DNA of 64,000 bases. Source: a virus (lineage: Duplodnaviria; Caudoviricetes). The notes under the pieces were generated by a model. It saw only the letters and a list, made by a program, of their open reading frames with translations, made no database searches and was not told the DNA's origin. The position numbers were made by a program, and so were the translations under genes. This document shows, piece after piece, positions 37,018 to 47,585 of this stretch (its first letter is position 1; every line of letters begins with the position of its first letter). The stretch covers positions 59,397 to 123,396 of IMG/VR virus record IMGVR_UViG_3300038530_004289. The stretch is one strand, 5' to 3'.

Positions 37018-37497
37018 TCATAGAGTCATAGGATATCGAACAAAGTATTCCAAATCTCCATCAAATTCTTGTTCAAAACCAAACCGAGAATAGAACTTTT
37101 TCAACTGATTTTCATTCATGATATCCATTTTTTCAATCATTTCGGGAGTCATTCTCGTTTTTCCATATCCTGCTTCTTGTAATCGGTATGGCATTTCATG
37201 GGGATTGACATCTAATTCCATGCTGACCCCCCACAAATCTGCGGTATCACAGATAATTTTCATGACCTTGCTTGCATATCCTTTTTTTCTGTGTTGTGGG
37301 AAGGTAATGATTTCATACAGATTCATGAATGGGTCGAAATCATCTGATTCAAACTTCACAATAACTCGGCCACCCTCGAAGGCAATATCCCATTCATTAT
37401 CGCTCCCCCCTGAAGTCCGATAATCAATTAATTTACCAAATTGAAGCAGAGTTTTAATCATGCCTCGATATCGCTCTCCTAAAGTGGCAACCACCAT
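37018..37497 (-). CDS. GNAT-family acetyltransferase
   Basis: Acetyl-CoA motif PQHRKKGYA and LKKFYSRFGF. Confidence 0.8.
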   Translation of the reverse strand: MVVATLGERYRGMIKTLLQFGKLIDYRTSGGSDNEWDIAFEGGRVIVKFESDDFDPFMNLYEIITFPQHRKKGYASKVMKIICDTADLWGVSMELDVNPHEMPYRLQEAGYGKTRMTPEMIEKMDIMNENQLKKFYSRFGFEQEFDGDLEYFVRYPMTL

Positions 37498-37503
37498 GAG
37501 GCA

Positions 37504-39957
37504 TCAGCCTCTTTGGTCATTTCCGATTGCATTTCCATAAGGTCTTGAAATTTCAAGCAACCTTCGTATTGGAAGTGCGATATACAAGGTTTGCATTTTC
37601 AGGGCAGGATTCACCAATACAATCTGTGCATACCTGTGGTGTCCGTCAAGAATAAATCCTTCTTGGCTAATGGCAATTGTTTTTCCAAGAATGATGGCAT
37701 CCCTACCATAAGCACCTGAGCCATCCTCTTGAGGGGTTCCAAATTTAATGATGTTGTCAATCAATTTTTCAAGCCAAATCTGAGATTGTGTTGGTCGCAT
37801 TAATCCAACAGTAGTTCGAGTCATGGTAGCCTCCACCACATCATCTTGAAGTATTCCATCTTGCAGTCCAAGATAGAGGAACTTCAACGCCTTTTCAGTA
37901 TCTTCGTAAAGGTCATTTGGTGAATAAGGTTCTGTTCTGCCTTCCGCAAAGGGAGCATAAACATCTAAATGTCCTGCCATCATAGAAGTAGCAAACTGTT
38001 TCAGTTGTTCAGGGTCAATTACAGGCATTTCAATTCTTGGAACATCAATTGCTGAAGCACACTCATCTTGAAGTGATTGGTAATTTTCCCTGAAATGAGG
38101 GATGTAATCTTTCATGTTTAATCCTGCTTTGTCAAACTGTCCCTTTGACCAAGCGTAAGCCTCTTCAACAGGCACAGTAGCAACATTGAGTTTGTATCCG
38201 CCTTCGGATGCTTCAAAAGTTTCAGCCCCCCTGATAATTTTGTTGCCCTCTTGTTTTAAGTTTGGCATATACGGTTCTCTGTAAGTGAATGGATATTCCC
38301 ATGCAACGGGATTCAAATGAACTATGTATGCTTCCTTGTCTCTGATTCTTCCAAGAAATCCTAATCTTGAATCCGACTCCCCTCTGCGTATGCTGATGAT
38401 TCCTTTGTCTAACAGGGCTTGAACAGTTCGAGTTCTATACGGCTTCCACCCCCGATTATCCACTTCCACATAAGCGTATTCACCATTATTGTAATAGGTT
38501 GAAACCTTCATCTTCTTCAGGTCTTCTAATTGATTCTTTGTTAATTTGGGTTTGGGGGCTTCAAAGGTTTCAACACCAAAACCCATTAGTCTGCCTGTAA
38601 TCCAACCTTGAACATCGGGAGAATCCTTATTTTTCATCACAAACGAAGATAATTCTTCCATATCATCAGGGTTTATGCCCCAATGTTGGCAAAAATCAAC
38701 ATAATCATCATCGGAAAGGTTTTGAACATCTCTCATCACATCTTCGTATTCAGCACCGAAGGTTTCAGCATCTTTTTCATCTGCACCTCCCTGAGTGATA
38801 GGGGTTAAATCAACATACCTATCCACTTGAAGTTTCATTCCCTTGATTCCGTAAATTGGATGGCACTTATCAAAGATTGGTGCGGCACTTACAGTAGCGA
38901 CTGAACTACCCCATCCTGAACTATATCCTCTGCTGAAATCTTCTTCAGAACTGAAAGCCATATCCCAAGCAAAATCATCATAGGCGAAATCGTATTCCAA
39001 TTCATCGTCTTCTTGGCTTTCTTCTTCATCTTGTGGCTTTTCCATTGTTGGCTTCATAGACCATTTTTCATCGTAAATTGTTGTTTGAGATTTAGGTTGT
39101 GCCAATGTTTTGTTTGCGGTTTGAACCGTTTTGTTTGTTGTGGTAATTGGCTTTGAAACAGGTTTTGCCTTGCTTGTAGTGGTTGGAGTAGTTTTCTTTG
39201 AGGTGGTGAAAGTGCTTCCTCGACTTCCTCTGCTTCCATATCCGTATGTTTTTGTAGCAGTTCTCGCAGGAGGTAGTTTGAACTTTCCATAAGCAATCGC
39301 AAGCCCTGTTAGTGGTTCGATTTGTTCAAGCAATTCACCGACTGTAAGGGTTTCTCCCTCTCCTGCTTTCACAGGAGTAGTTTCAATACATTGACCATTC
39401 ACTACATTCACAGTTGAAATTCCAAGTTCACAGACATCTTCGGCTCTGATAACCATTGAAGCATCGTAATTCCTCAATGCAACTTTCAAATCTTCATAGA
39501 ACATCTCTTGCTCACAAAAATTGAATTCATACATGAGGAAATCAATTTCTGCATAAGCATCGGCATCAAAGAAAATCAAGTGATGTCCTGTTTCTTCGAC
39601 CATCTCATGTCTTGCACCATTCGGCAATAATTCTCCAATGGTGTTCCAATCGGATTCCTTAATTCTGATAACTCCTGCCTCATAGGTCGGAAAGATTGAA
39701 CCATCCTGTCGAATACTTGGTTTGTAAGTTCCCTTTGCTCGATTACCTGCTTTGGGTGTTTTCTTTGCAGGAATTTTCTTTTCAGGCAACTTTCCTTTGG
39801 AAATGTTTTGAGGCTTGTCCTCAGGAACCGTGATTCTGATGAGTCCTTGGTGGATATTGCTTGGGTCTTTTTTGTTCATGCTTCGCTGAAACTTTTTGGC
39901 TTTGTTCTTGGAAGGGAAAATTTTTCCACTTGTAGCACACTTCCACTTCACATCCAT
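37504..39957 (-). CDS. Modular AE-linker protein ending in a ParB/Srx-like domain; carries a paralogue of a module from 114..2366
   Basis: DAETFGAE, FGVETFEA, GAETFEA; C-terminal MRPTQSQI...ILDGHHR; TTAAGTATA box 29 nt upstream. Confidence 0.8.
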   Translation of the reverse strand: MDVKWKCATSGKIFPSKNKAKKFQRSMNKKDPSNIHQGLIRITVPEDKPQNISKGKLPEKKIPAKKTPKAGNRAKGTYKPSIRQDGSIFPTYEAGVIRIKESDWNTIGELLPNGARHEMVEETGHHLIFFDADAYAEIDFLMYEFNFCEQEMFYEDLKVALRNYDASMVIRAEDVCELGISTVNVVNGQCIETTPVKAGEGETLTVGELLEQIEPLTGLAIAYGKFKLPPARTATKTYGYGSRGSRGSTFTTSKKTTPTTTSKAKPVSKPITTTNKTVQTANKTLAQPKSQTTIYDEKWSMKPTMEKPQDEEESQEDDELEYDFAYDDFAWDMAFSSEEDFSRGYSSGWGSSVATVSAAPIFDKCHPIYGIKGMKLQVDRYVDLTPITQGGADEKDAETFGAEYEDVMRDVQNLSDDDYVDFCQHWGINPDDMEELSSFVMKNKDSPDVQGWITGRLMGFGVETFEAPKPKLTKNQLEDLKKMKVSTYYNNGEYAYVEVDNRGWKPYRTRTVQALLDKGIISIRRGESDSRLGFLGRIRDKEAYIVHLNPVAWEYPFTYREPYMPNLKQEGNKIIRGAETFEASEGGYKLNVATVPVEEAYAWSKGQFDKAGLNMKDYIPHFRENYQSLQDECASAIDVPRIEMPVIDPEQLKQFATSMMAGHLDVYAPFAEGRTEPYSPNDLYEDTEKALKFLYLGLQDGILQDDVVEATMTRTTVGLMRPTQSQIWLEKLIDNIIKFGTPQEDGSGAYGRDAIILGKTIAISQEGFILDGHHRYAQIVLVNPALKMQTLYIALPIRRLLEISRPYGNAIGNDQRG

Positions 39958-39995
39958 AATTTCTCACTCTCCGTTCATATACTTAAGGATTCCCC

Positions 39996-42900
39996 TCATT
40001 CGGGACCGCCTGAACCCCTTAATTCTTCAGTAGCCTGTAAGAAAGCAAACAAGTTATTGTTTCTCAACGACTTCATTTGTGAGCAAATTTGTTCCCACCT
40101 TCCCATATCCATGTTTTGCCTCATTTCATCGGGGAATGAAAATCTCAACAAATTGACCATTAAATACAAATCTCCCGCATCAATGTTTCCTGCAACATCC
40201 ATAGGGCGCAGGTAGTTGATGTAGGCTTGTGATATTTCACATAATGCAGTTCCTACAAATCTTGGGATGTCAAACTTTTGAACCATACCGTAGTTTGGAT
40301 ATCGCTTATCTTTGTTCAAAAGAGGAATAGGAATTTCATCATCTGAAGTGCAGTTCCGATTCATGACCTTGAAATTCAAGTAGCGAAGTTTGATTGCTTT
40401 TCTGTAATCTCTTCGGATAAATGAAGTAAGTGCCTTTTTTGCCTCGTTGTAAGTCATGGAAAATTCATTCTCGTCAAAAACCAAAATTGCATCAAGTAAT
40501 TCTTGAGTTCCTTCGTAGTCTCCATCCCAAACGATTTCTTTGGTTAGTTTTTGGATGTCGAAAGTGATAGGGCTTCCTAAATATCTGCCTATTTCCTGCA
40601 AACACATGGCTTGAATTAGAAGCCCCAAACTGTAATCTGATTTTTTAATGGATACAGTATTTCCTGAATCTCTTACGGCATCTAATCTGTTGCTTTCAAC
40701 AAATCTGATGTTTCTCATTCCAAGCATATACTTGACATCAGAGGAAAGATATCGTAGTTGGCTAATTCCACTTCGGCTATCATCGGACATCAAAAGGTTG
40801 TTTGAATCAGCACACAAGAATTCAACCAAATCCCTGTAAATGTTGTATTTTTCATCGAGGCTTAAAATTCGACTTGTTCCAACATATCGTATGAAGTTTG
40901 ATAATTTTTCAGCACTCAAAGAAAGCCTCCAATCAGGCAAGTCCACAGTTTCAGCCTCTTCTCCACCATAATCAAGACCTCGCTTTGTCAGCAATCCAAC
41001 AAAATCGTATTTGAATGTGGAAATGGAATCTCTCATATTCACCGAGTTGTCAGAGAATGTGTAATTTCTGAGTTGTCTTCCTTCTTCACCCATTTCAGCC
41101 TTTTCTTCAGGAGATATCCATCCAAACATTTCTTCTAAGTTTTGTTCACCGTTCAAAATCCGATAAACCACATCATCTTCAGGGTTGTAGTTTTGCGCCA
41201 ATGTTCTGAAGTAAGTTTGGAATTGGTCTAAAACCTCATCAGCATCATAATTTTCAGCATCCATTTCTTGAACTTCTCGGTCTGCTTCTGTTGCATATAC
41301 CCACCTACCTCTGTTTCGACTGTATCTCAATTTAACATTGTTTCGGAACTCCTTCAATGTCTGTTTGAACCGTCTTGCCTCTTCTCGATTGTTGGTCATG
41401 ATTCTATCAATTGGGTAAAGTGAATATCCATTCTCACCGATAGGTTGAACCTCAATACCAAGCATTTTTGCTACTCCCCCCCTCTCATAAATGGTTCCCG
41501 AACCGCTTCCTGAACTCTCTCGAATCATTTCCGCCTCTAAAACCATGATTGGAGAATAGTAAGTGTGATGTGAATTGCTACTGTATATCTCCATGCCCTC
41601 GGATATGTTTTCTCTCAACTCATAGGTGTGAGGCATACCCAAAAGTGCAACTGTATCGGCTCCATCTGAATCGCCCTCAGGTAAAAATCCATATTGGAAC
41701 AAAGTTTCAAGCGACACATTCGGGTTTCGTAATGCAACTCCTTCCCAATTTTCTTTGCCTCCATCAGCGAGGTCATAGGAGGCTAAGGTCAAGTATCGTA
41801 GCAAAATGAAAGGCTTATCCTCAATGATTTGTGGATATTCAATAATGCTTCCTGTGTTTGAAAGGTTTTGTTCAGTTGCGCCCTCAGGAGCCGTTGGAAG
41901 TCCACTTGACCATCTCGACCTTCCTGCTCTCAAGAATTGATATCCTGAATCATTAACCATTCCGCTAAATGCACTTTGGAATCGTTCAGGTCGAGTATTC
42001 AAGTGGCTGAATCTATCTCCCACATTTCTGATGAACTCTCCAAAGGTGTTCTGTTGTTGTGTTGATGGAATTGAAACGGTCATGGCTTCCATCAATTTTC
42101 TGATGTGCTTTCGATATGCTCTGCTTCCAACTTCAGAATTTTTCAAAACACCAATTGGTTCAAACCCAATGACAGTATCATAGAGCCTTGCTTCAACAAG
42201 ATTTGGATTCATCATCAGTTCAGAGTGTTGGTCAGGGTAATTGTCCCAAAGGTATCTGAGCAACCTTCCTGAGATGGTTTTCTTCTTTGCCAACTGTGGG
42301 ATGAATCTTCTGCGGAATGACTCTTCATCGGATACCCCCATTGTGGTAAGTGGATTTTCGGAAATTCCATAGTAGTCAAATAATCTTCGATATCCCACAG
42401 AATTCAATCTTGGTTTTTGAATCAATCGTTCCATGATTTCATCAGGTGTATTTTCATTTTCCATAAATCCATTGAACAATTCTGCAATTTTTGGCAAGCC
42501 ATTGTTAAGAGTTAGCAAAATCGTAAAATCTTGGAATTCCTCAGGGGCGAGAGATTTGAAAGGTCTTTCACCATCGGGAGTGTAAAGGTCGCCAAGATAT
42601 GTGGAGAATACTGCCTCTTCCAAGAGATAAAACAATTCATCAACGGGTGGAAGTGTTCTTGCCAACTTGGAAATATCAACCATATCAAGAACTGTTGGAA
42701 CTACAATCATGGCATAAGCCAAATCCGCAGGAATTTCTTCCTTCAATTTAGGAGGCTCATCTCCATTAAACAAGAAATTAAGATACTTTGTAGGATTTGT
42801 ATAATTCATAGATTTCACAAAGATAGCGTCAATGAATTCTTCTCCGTTTGGCGAATCAACGACTAAGTTCAAAAGAGGAACGAATGCAGAATTCGGAATC

Positions 42901-45464
42901 AATGGAGTTCGTCTTGTGTTAGATGGTTTGTTCAATCCTGCGGGCTTAAGCATGAATGCACAAACGGCTCCCGCCCAATCTTCCCAATAGCCTTCTTCTG
43001 ATTTTTCTTTCACAGACATCAACCAATCAAACAATTTCTTGGAATCTTCTGTATCGGGACTTGAAACTACCAACTCAGTAAAGAATGAAATTAAAGATAA
43101 TTCCAAAGAAAATTCTTTTTGATTAACGAAATTGTTAAATATGAAATCAAGAGAATCAACCATAGGGATTCTTGTATCATAATTCTTCTTTCTGAAAACT
43201 GATTCCAAATCTGAGAAGTCTTCAGTCCATCCGTAATTTTCAGGTTCCCCATAAGGATATACCATTTGAGCCATAGCGTTTGAAATATAGTCGGCTCTAT
43301 CACTTTCCAAAGCCAATTGAATCAATTCATTGTATTTTTCTTGACTCAAATTAGGTTGTGAAATTAGTTGTTCAAAAGTCTCAAATAGCATAGATTCATC
43401 AACCATATCCATCAGTTGTGGTTGGTATCTGTGAGCCAATTCCTTGAATCTTTCAAATTTATCTCCGCCCGACAAGATTACCTTGTAAGTCTCCACAACA
43501 GAATCCATAATGTCTTGAGGTGCAAAAATCAAAGAGTGTGTATCAACAGTTCCCTGAGGAAGCAAATACCATAGGTCGGCATCTTCTCCAATCAATTCTC
43601 TGACTTTGTAGTGAACGGAAGCATCACTTCTATTGTGATGAATAAACGCCATCAAAAGATTTCCTTGACTCATGTTCATGTAATCAGGAACAAGTGCATC
43701 AAGACCTTCAAGGGCAGGAAGCAACAAAGATGGAGTTCCATGTCGGTGTCCTACAAGCATATACAAAAGCCTTTCTTTGTTTTCATCTTCATAGAAGTTC
43801 CAAATTTTTGTCATGAGATTTCCAATAATCCTATCGGAAACATACACCATTGGATTTTCTGCAAGACTGATTCTCACTCGGTCATTGTCAATCGAATCAA
43901 TCAATCTTTGGAATTCAGCAAACGAAAGTGTTTCATCACCCGAATAGTCAGGTAATCCTTCATCTCGTTCCCCTGCAAGTCCCGTTCCCTCTTGAACTCC
44001 AAAGGCAACTTTTCCATAAGTAATTCTCCCCCTTCCACTATTCACATCAGAATATCCCTTGTAATTGTAAGGAGTTCTCACACTTTGAAAGTCCCATAGA
44101 CCTTTAGATTCCAAAACATTGATTAATCCTTGCCCAAGTGTTGATTGCCAAGAGGGGTTTTTCCCATTGACTGAATAAACTGTTCTTTCCACACCGATTC
44201 TCGGCCCTAACTCGGAACCATCTTCTGAAACTCCAATACCCCATCGGAGAATAAATCTCCCCTTGCACTTCAAAATTGCCGCATCGTCAATCACTATTTC
44301 ACCATCTTTCATGACATCATCGGCATTGTAGGCGAGAGCGATGGCATTTCCCCACCGAATATCATCAAATGAACCTGCCTTGTATTCGTAATCAGAATCC
44401 AAAGACTCACAAGAATTGCCATCCCATGCTCGATTGACCGATTTACACAAAATTTGAATAGGTTCTTGGGTGATATGAAGAATGTAATTCCCTGAACTAT
44501 CCACAGGCCAATTTGAACCTGCACTTAATCCTTCCGCAGGAGGTCTTATGCCATTCAAAGTTGTTCTTGTTCCCTCTGAATCAAAATCCAATGTCAAAAA
44601 CTTCTTCATTGATATTTCTTTGGAAACTCTCTCTAATCCGCCACCTTCTTTGAACTCTGCTTCTTCGACTTCAAAAGATTGCATCATGCTAACCCTTTCA
44701 GATGAATCCAAATCGGATAGTTCAGCAAGAATCTCACCCACCATTCGTCTTGTGCCACCTGCATCCCCTCTCATTAAGGCAAAAACTGAATCTGTGCTAC
44801 CTTCCCTCATAATTGCCGTGAATGCTTTTGTAATTTCAGGCACTTCTCCCGTTTCCATTACCATGTTGTAAATGAAGCCCCTCATCTGTGATTCCAAAAG
44901 GGTATCAGTCAAGATGGGTTCAGCCTTTTGTTCTTGAAGAACTGAATAAGTAAGGTATCTTGGGTTGTTCACGCCTCCCATGAATGAGTATGCAATTCTT
45001 TCGCCATACTCAGTATCAATTGTTGCTTCCTCTCCCGTAAGTGGGTCAATAAGTCCATATCGGCTTTTCGTTAAGAGTTCGCAGATTTGATTTAGCCTCG
45101 ATTGTTGATTTTGTCTTGTTCTTTCATCAACTACTTGAATTGAGTAAAATCCTGTGATTTGTTCAAACACACTAAATCCATTCTTTTTCACACTTGATGA
45201 TTGTTCATTTGCCATTCGAGTTTTCAAACAGTCCACAAGTTCTTCTGACATTGTGCTTGTGTAGCCTGATTGTGGGGATTTTCGGTTGGGGAAAGGTCTG
45301 CTTCCATTTTTGTTAAGTTCGTTCCCTCCCCTTTGATATCTGCTACTTGGGTGGTTGGGGAACCGATTGAACTCAGCCTTAACCGATTTCGCCCATGTTT
45401 CAGCATCAGGAAAGTCAAAGACCTCTTTTTCCTGAGAGATAATTTCTGTCCTGATTTCAGACAT
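39996..45464 (-). CDS. Very large (1822 aa) hypothetical protein with sparse LRV-like repeats
   Basis: VRISLAENP, NENTPDEIMERL, LRNPNVSLETL; TTAAGTATC 29 nt upstream. Confidence 0.8.
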   Translation of the reverse strand: MSEIRTEIISQEKEVFDFPDAETWAKSVKAEFNRFPNHPSSRYQRGGNELNKNGSRPFPNRKSPQSGYTSTMSEELVDCLKTRMANEQSSSVKKNGFSVFEQITGFYSIQVVDERTRQNQQSRLNQICELLTKSRYGLIDPLTGEEATIDTEYGERIAYSFMGGVNNPRYLTYSVLQEQKAEPILTDTLLESQMRGFIYNMVMETGEVPEITKAFTAIMREGSTDSVFALMRGDAGGTRRMVGEILAELSDLDSSERVSMMQSFEVEEAEFKEGGGLERVSKEISMKKFLTLDFDSEGTRTTLNGIRPPAEGLSAGSNWPVDSSGNYILHITQEPIQILCKSVNRAWDGNSCESLDSDYEYKAGSFDDIRWGNAIALAYNADDVMKDGEIVIDDAAILKCKGRFILRWGIGVSEDGSELGPRIGVERTVYSVNGKNPSWQSTLGQGLINVLESKGLWDFQSVRTPYNYKGYSDVNSGRGRITYGKVAFGVQEGTGLAGERDEGLPDYSGDETLSFAEFQRLIDSIDNDRVRISLAENPMVYVSDRIIGNLMTKIWNFYEDENKERLLYMLVGHRHGTPSLLLPALEGLDALVPDYMNMSQGNLLMAFIHHNRSDASVHYKVRELIGEDADLWYLLPQGTVDTHSLIFAPQDIMDSVVETYKVILSGGDKFERFKELAHRYQPQLMDMVDESMLFETFEQLISQPNLSQEKYNELIQLALESDRADYISNAMAQMVYPYGEPENYGWTEDFSDLESVFRKKNYDTRIPMVDSLDFIFNNFVNQKEFSLELSLISFFTELVVSSPDTEDSKKLFDWLMSVKEKSEEGYWEDWAGAVCAFMLKPAGLNKPSNTRRTPLIPNSAFVPLLNLVVDSPNGEEFIDAIFVKSMNYTNPTKYLNFLFNGDEPPKLKEEIPADLAYAMIVVPTVLDMVDISKLARTLPPVDELFYLLEEAVFSTYLGDLYTPDGERPFKSLAPEEFQDFTILLTLNNGLPKIAELFNGFMENENTPDEIMERLIQKPRLNSVGYRRLFDYYGISENPLTTMGVSDEESFRRRFIPQLAKKKTISGRLLRYLWDNYPDQHSELMMNPNLVEARLYDTVIGFEPIGVLKNSEVGSRAYRKHIRKLMEAMTVSIPSTQQQNTFGEFIRNVGDRFSHLNTRPERFQSAFSGMVNDSGYQFLRAGRSRWSSGLPTAPEGATEQNLSNTGSIIEYPQIIEDKPFILLRYLTLASYDLADGGKENWEGVALRNPNVSLETLFQYGFLPEGDSDGADTVALLGMPHTYELRENISEGMEIYSSNSHHTYYSPIMVLEAEMIRESSGSGSGTIYERGGVAKMLGIEVQPIGENGYSLYPIDRIMTNNREEARRFKQTLKEFRNNVKLRYSRNRGRWVYATEADREVQEMDAENYDADEVLDQFQTYFRTLAQNYNPEDDVVYRILNGEQNLEEMFGWISPEEKAEMGEEGRQLRNYTFSDNSVNMRDSISTFKYDFVGLLTKRGLDYGGEEAETVDLPDWRLSLSAEKLSNFIRYVGTSRILSLDEKYNIYRDLVEFLCADSNNLLMSDDSRSGISQLRYLSSDVKYMLGMRNIRFVESNRLDAVRDSGNTVSIKKSDYSLGLLIQAMCLQEIGRYLGSPITFDIQKLTKEIVWDGDYEGTQELLDAILVFDENEFSMTYNEAKKALTSFIRRDYRKAIKLRYLNFKVMNRNCTSDDEIPIPLLNKDKRYPNYGMVQKFDIPRFVGTALCEISQAYINYLRPMDVAGNIDAGDLYLMVNLLRFSFPDEMRQNMDMGRWEQICSQMKSLRNNNLFAFLQATEELRGSGGPE

Positions 45465-45484
45465 GATGTTTTACTTCTCGATTT

Positions 45485-45493
45485 GATACTTAA
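45485..45493 (-). promoter_or_regulatory. TTAAGTATC promoter box (class A)
   Basis: 29 nt upstream of ATG 45464. Confidence 0.8.
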
Positions 45494-45502
45494 AGATGCC
45501 GT

Positions 45503-45715
45503 TTATTTCAATCTGATAAAAAGCGTAGCACTTCTCCCTGATTTCAATACTTCAATATCGGGGTCAGTCCTAAATTTTACTGAAATGGCTTTCTTTGTTG
45601 GAATCTCCTTTCGGCCCAAATCCATCATCCTTCCGATTATTTGGTCAGCAGTAATTTGCTCTCCCAAACCCATTACCAATTTTGCGGCCTCGAAATTTGT
45701 AGGTTTAGTTCTCAT
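45503..45715 (-). CDS. Small wHTH-like protein
   Basis: ITADQIIGRM...PTKKAISVKF; directly downstream of PCNA. Confidence 0.5.
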   Translation of the reverse strand: MRTKPTNFEAAKLVMGLGEQITADQIIGRMMDLGRKEIPTKKAISVKFRTDPDIEVLKSGRSATLFIRLK

Positions 45716-45720
45716 TGAAA

Positions 45721-46461
45721 TCACACCCTTGGGGCAACCCAAGCCCTCATATTAATCCCCGTCTTGGAAATCCAAGAGAATTCCACCGCAGAATCTTGTT
45801 TGCCTCTAATCCGAATCAAGTCGTTTCCTAACGCCAAAGCCTTTATTGTGTGTTCAACAGAAAAAGTAGTCATGGAAATGTGATTTGCAGGTCGCATCCC
45901 ACACTCATCAACTTCTCTCTTGATTCTGACAGTTCCTTCATCAGTTTCACAAGCCATGATGAATCCCCCATCCGTGATGAAATCACATAAATGGCCTTTT
46001 CCGTTTGAAGCCTTCAAAAATTGGCTGATGGTTGAATAATCAACATCAACTTCATATTCAAATGCTACTGAAATCACAGGAATATCAGCCAAAAGTTCTG
46101 ATTTAATCAATCGAATATCTCTGCGAAGAATCCCTGCTTGAGTTTGAATCCTGCTCTCGCCTGAGGAATACACCAATTCGAGGGTGTCTCCTTTCCTGAG
46201 CGTCTTGGTTATATCCTTCAATCTTGATATCACAATCCCTGCCCTGAGTTGTGAATCTGAATTGCCTGTGAATTCATAATCTGTGAACCTCTCCTTGGGG
46301 ATAACCAATTCCACAACTCTTGCTCGATAGGGGTCTGAAACCCTAATGAATAATCCTGAAGAATCAAATACAAAAATTGCCTGTTCTTCTGTATTCTCAA
46401 CTGCTTTTACAATTTCTTTACTCAGTTCTGATGTCATTACTATCTTTGCCTTTGAATCCAT
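45721..46461 (-). CDS. pcn: DNA sliding clamp, archaeal PCNA-like (divergent)
   Basis: About 246 aa; AIFVFDSSGLFIRVSDPYRARVVEL..PKERFTDY, GIVISRLKDI...GDTLEL, C-terminal AWVAPRV. Confidence 0.85.
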   Translation of the reverse strand: MDSKAKIVMTSELSKEIVKAVENTEEQAIFVFDSSGLFIRVSDPYRARVVELVIPKERFTDYEFTGNSDSQLRAGIVISRLKDITKTLRKGDTLELVYSSGESRIQTQAGILRRDIRLIKSELLADIPVISVAFEYEVDVDYSTISQFLKASNGKGHLCDFITDGGFIMACETDEGTVRIKREVDECGMRPANHISMTTFSVEHTIKALALGNDLIRIRGKQDSAVEFSWISKTGINMRAWVAPRV

Positions 46462-46513
46462 ATTCACTACCAATTGCCAATGTTGCATTTGAAGTATTTA
46501 ACCTTTGCTAATG

Positions 46514-47245
46514 TCAAGGCTGAATTTCTTTTTCTTTTTCTTTTTCTTTTGATGAACTTGAAGAACTAACTGATTTCAAAATTTCTCGTTCTCCACCCTC
46601 ATCCCATTTTGCATGAACAAAATCTTGTATCTTACTCACAGAATTTATCCACCTCTTACTTCCCAAGTCCACCTCCCTTGCTCGGTGAACATTGTTGATG
46701 AAATCCGACAGACTATCGAAATGGGCATAGAGAGATTTAGACCTGTCAATTGTGATGTTCGGGATGAGGCGAAGAATGTTGTGATATTTATTCCTTGATG
46801 ATTTCACCACAGTAGTTTTTCGCACCAATGTTTGATAATCTCCCGTTTCAATTCGTTTCATCAAATTCTGAATGTATTGTGCTGATTTCTTTTTTGAAGA
46901 TGTGTAAATCACAGGAATTACTTCTGCACTCATTCGGTTCAGAAATGACTGAAGGGATTCGATTTGATTGAATTTTTTGGTTCTGAATAATCTTGAACTT
47001 GCTTTATTCCCTTCAATCATCAAAATGTATTCATCATATTCCATGACCATCCTTGAAACTTGGTCTTCAAGCCTCTTTGAAATCCATGAGCCATAAGCGT
47101 CATCCCATGTTTTTCTTTCGATAATGACCTTCCTCCCCTCCGAACTGACTAATTCAAAATCACCTACTGACAAGGGGGTGGATTCCGAGCCTTTGATGTT
47201 TTCAACAAAGTATGTTGGCTCATGAGAATCCACATGAATTTTCAT
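46514..47245 (-). CDS. ERCC4/XPF-family structure-specific nuclease with HhH
   Basis: VDSHE, VGDF, IERKT, RLEDQ, LMIEG; HhH-like LIPNITIDRS. Confidence 0.85.
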   Translation of the reverse strand: MKIHVDSHEPTYFVENIKGSESTPLSVGDFELVSSEGRKVIIERKTWDDAYGSWISKRLEDQVSRMVMEYDEYILMIEGNKASSRLFRTKKFNQIESLQSFLNRMSAEVIPVIYTSSKKKSAQYIQNLMKRIETGDYQTLVRKTTVVKSSRNKYHNILRLIPNITIDRSKSLYAHFDSLSDFINNVHRAREVDLGSKRWINSVSKIQDFVHAKWDEGGEREILKSVSSSSSSKEKEKEKEIQP

Positions 47246-47330
47246 GCTCAAAGATTGAAACTCTTACTACTTAAATCATCACAATAATTTTCGAGCAACT
47301 TTTAAGTAGTAGGACTTTATCGCACACCTC

Positions 47331-47585
47331 ATGGCAAACACCTTATCAGACCACCAAGACTCGGAACATTTTTCTTACAAAAGAACATGGGATGAGATTG
47401 AAGTTATGTTGAACAAGGCTGAGAGAGTGAAAAATTCTTGGGACATCAAGTATCTTCAGGCCAAAGAAAAGGGCAACAAGAAAAGAATAATCGAATGTCT
47501 CAGAAACATGAAAGCCCTTGAGGGAGTAATCAAAACTTTGAGGTGGACTTTGGGCGACATTAATGTTGAGCATCCTCTGAATTGA
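47331..47585 (+). CDS. Small helical hypothetical protein, divergently transcribed
   Basis: TTAAGTAGT box 29 nt upstream (47302), back-to-back with the ERCC4 promoter. Confidence 0.75.
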   Translation: MANTLSDHQDSEHFSYKRTWDEIEVMLNKAERVKNSWDIKYLQAKEKGNKKRIIECLRNMKALEGVIKTLRWTLGDINVEHPLN

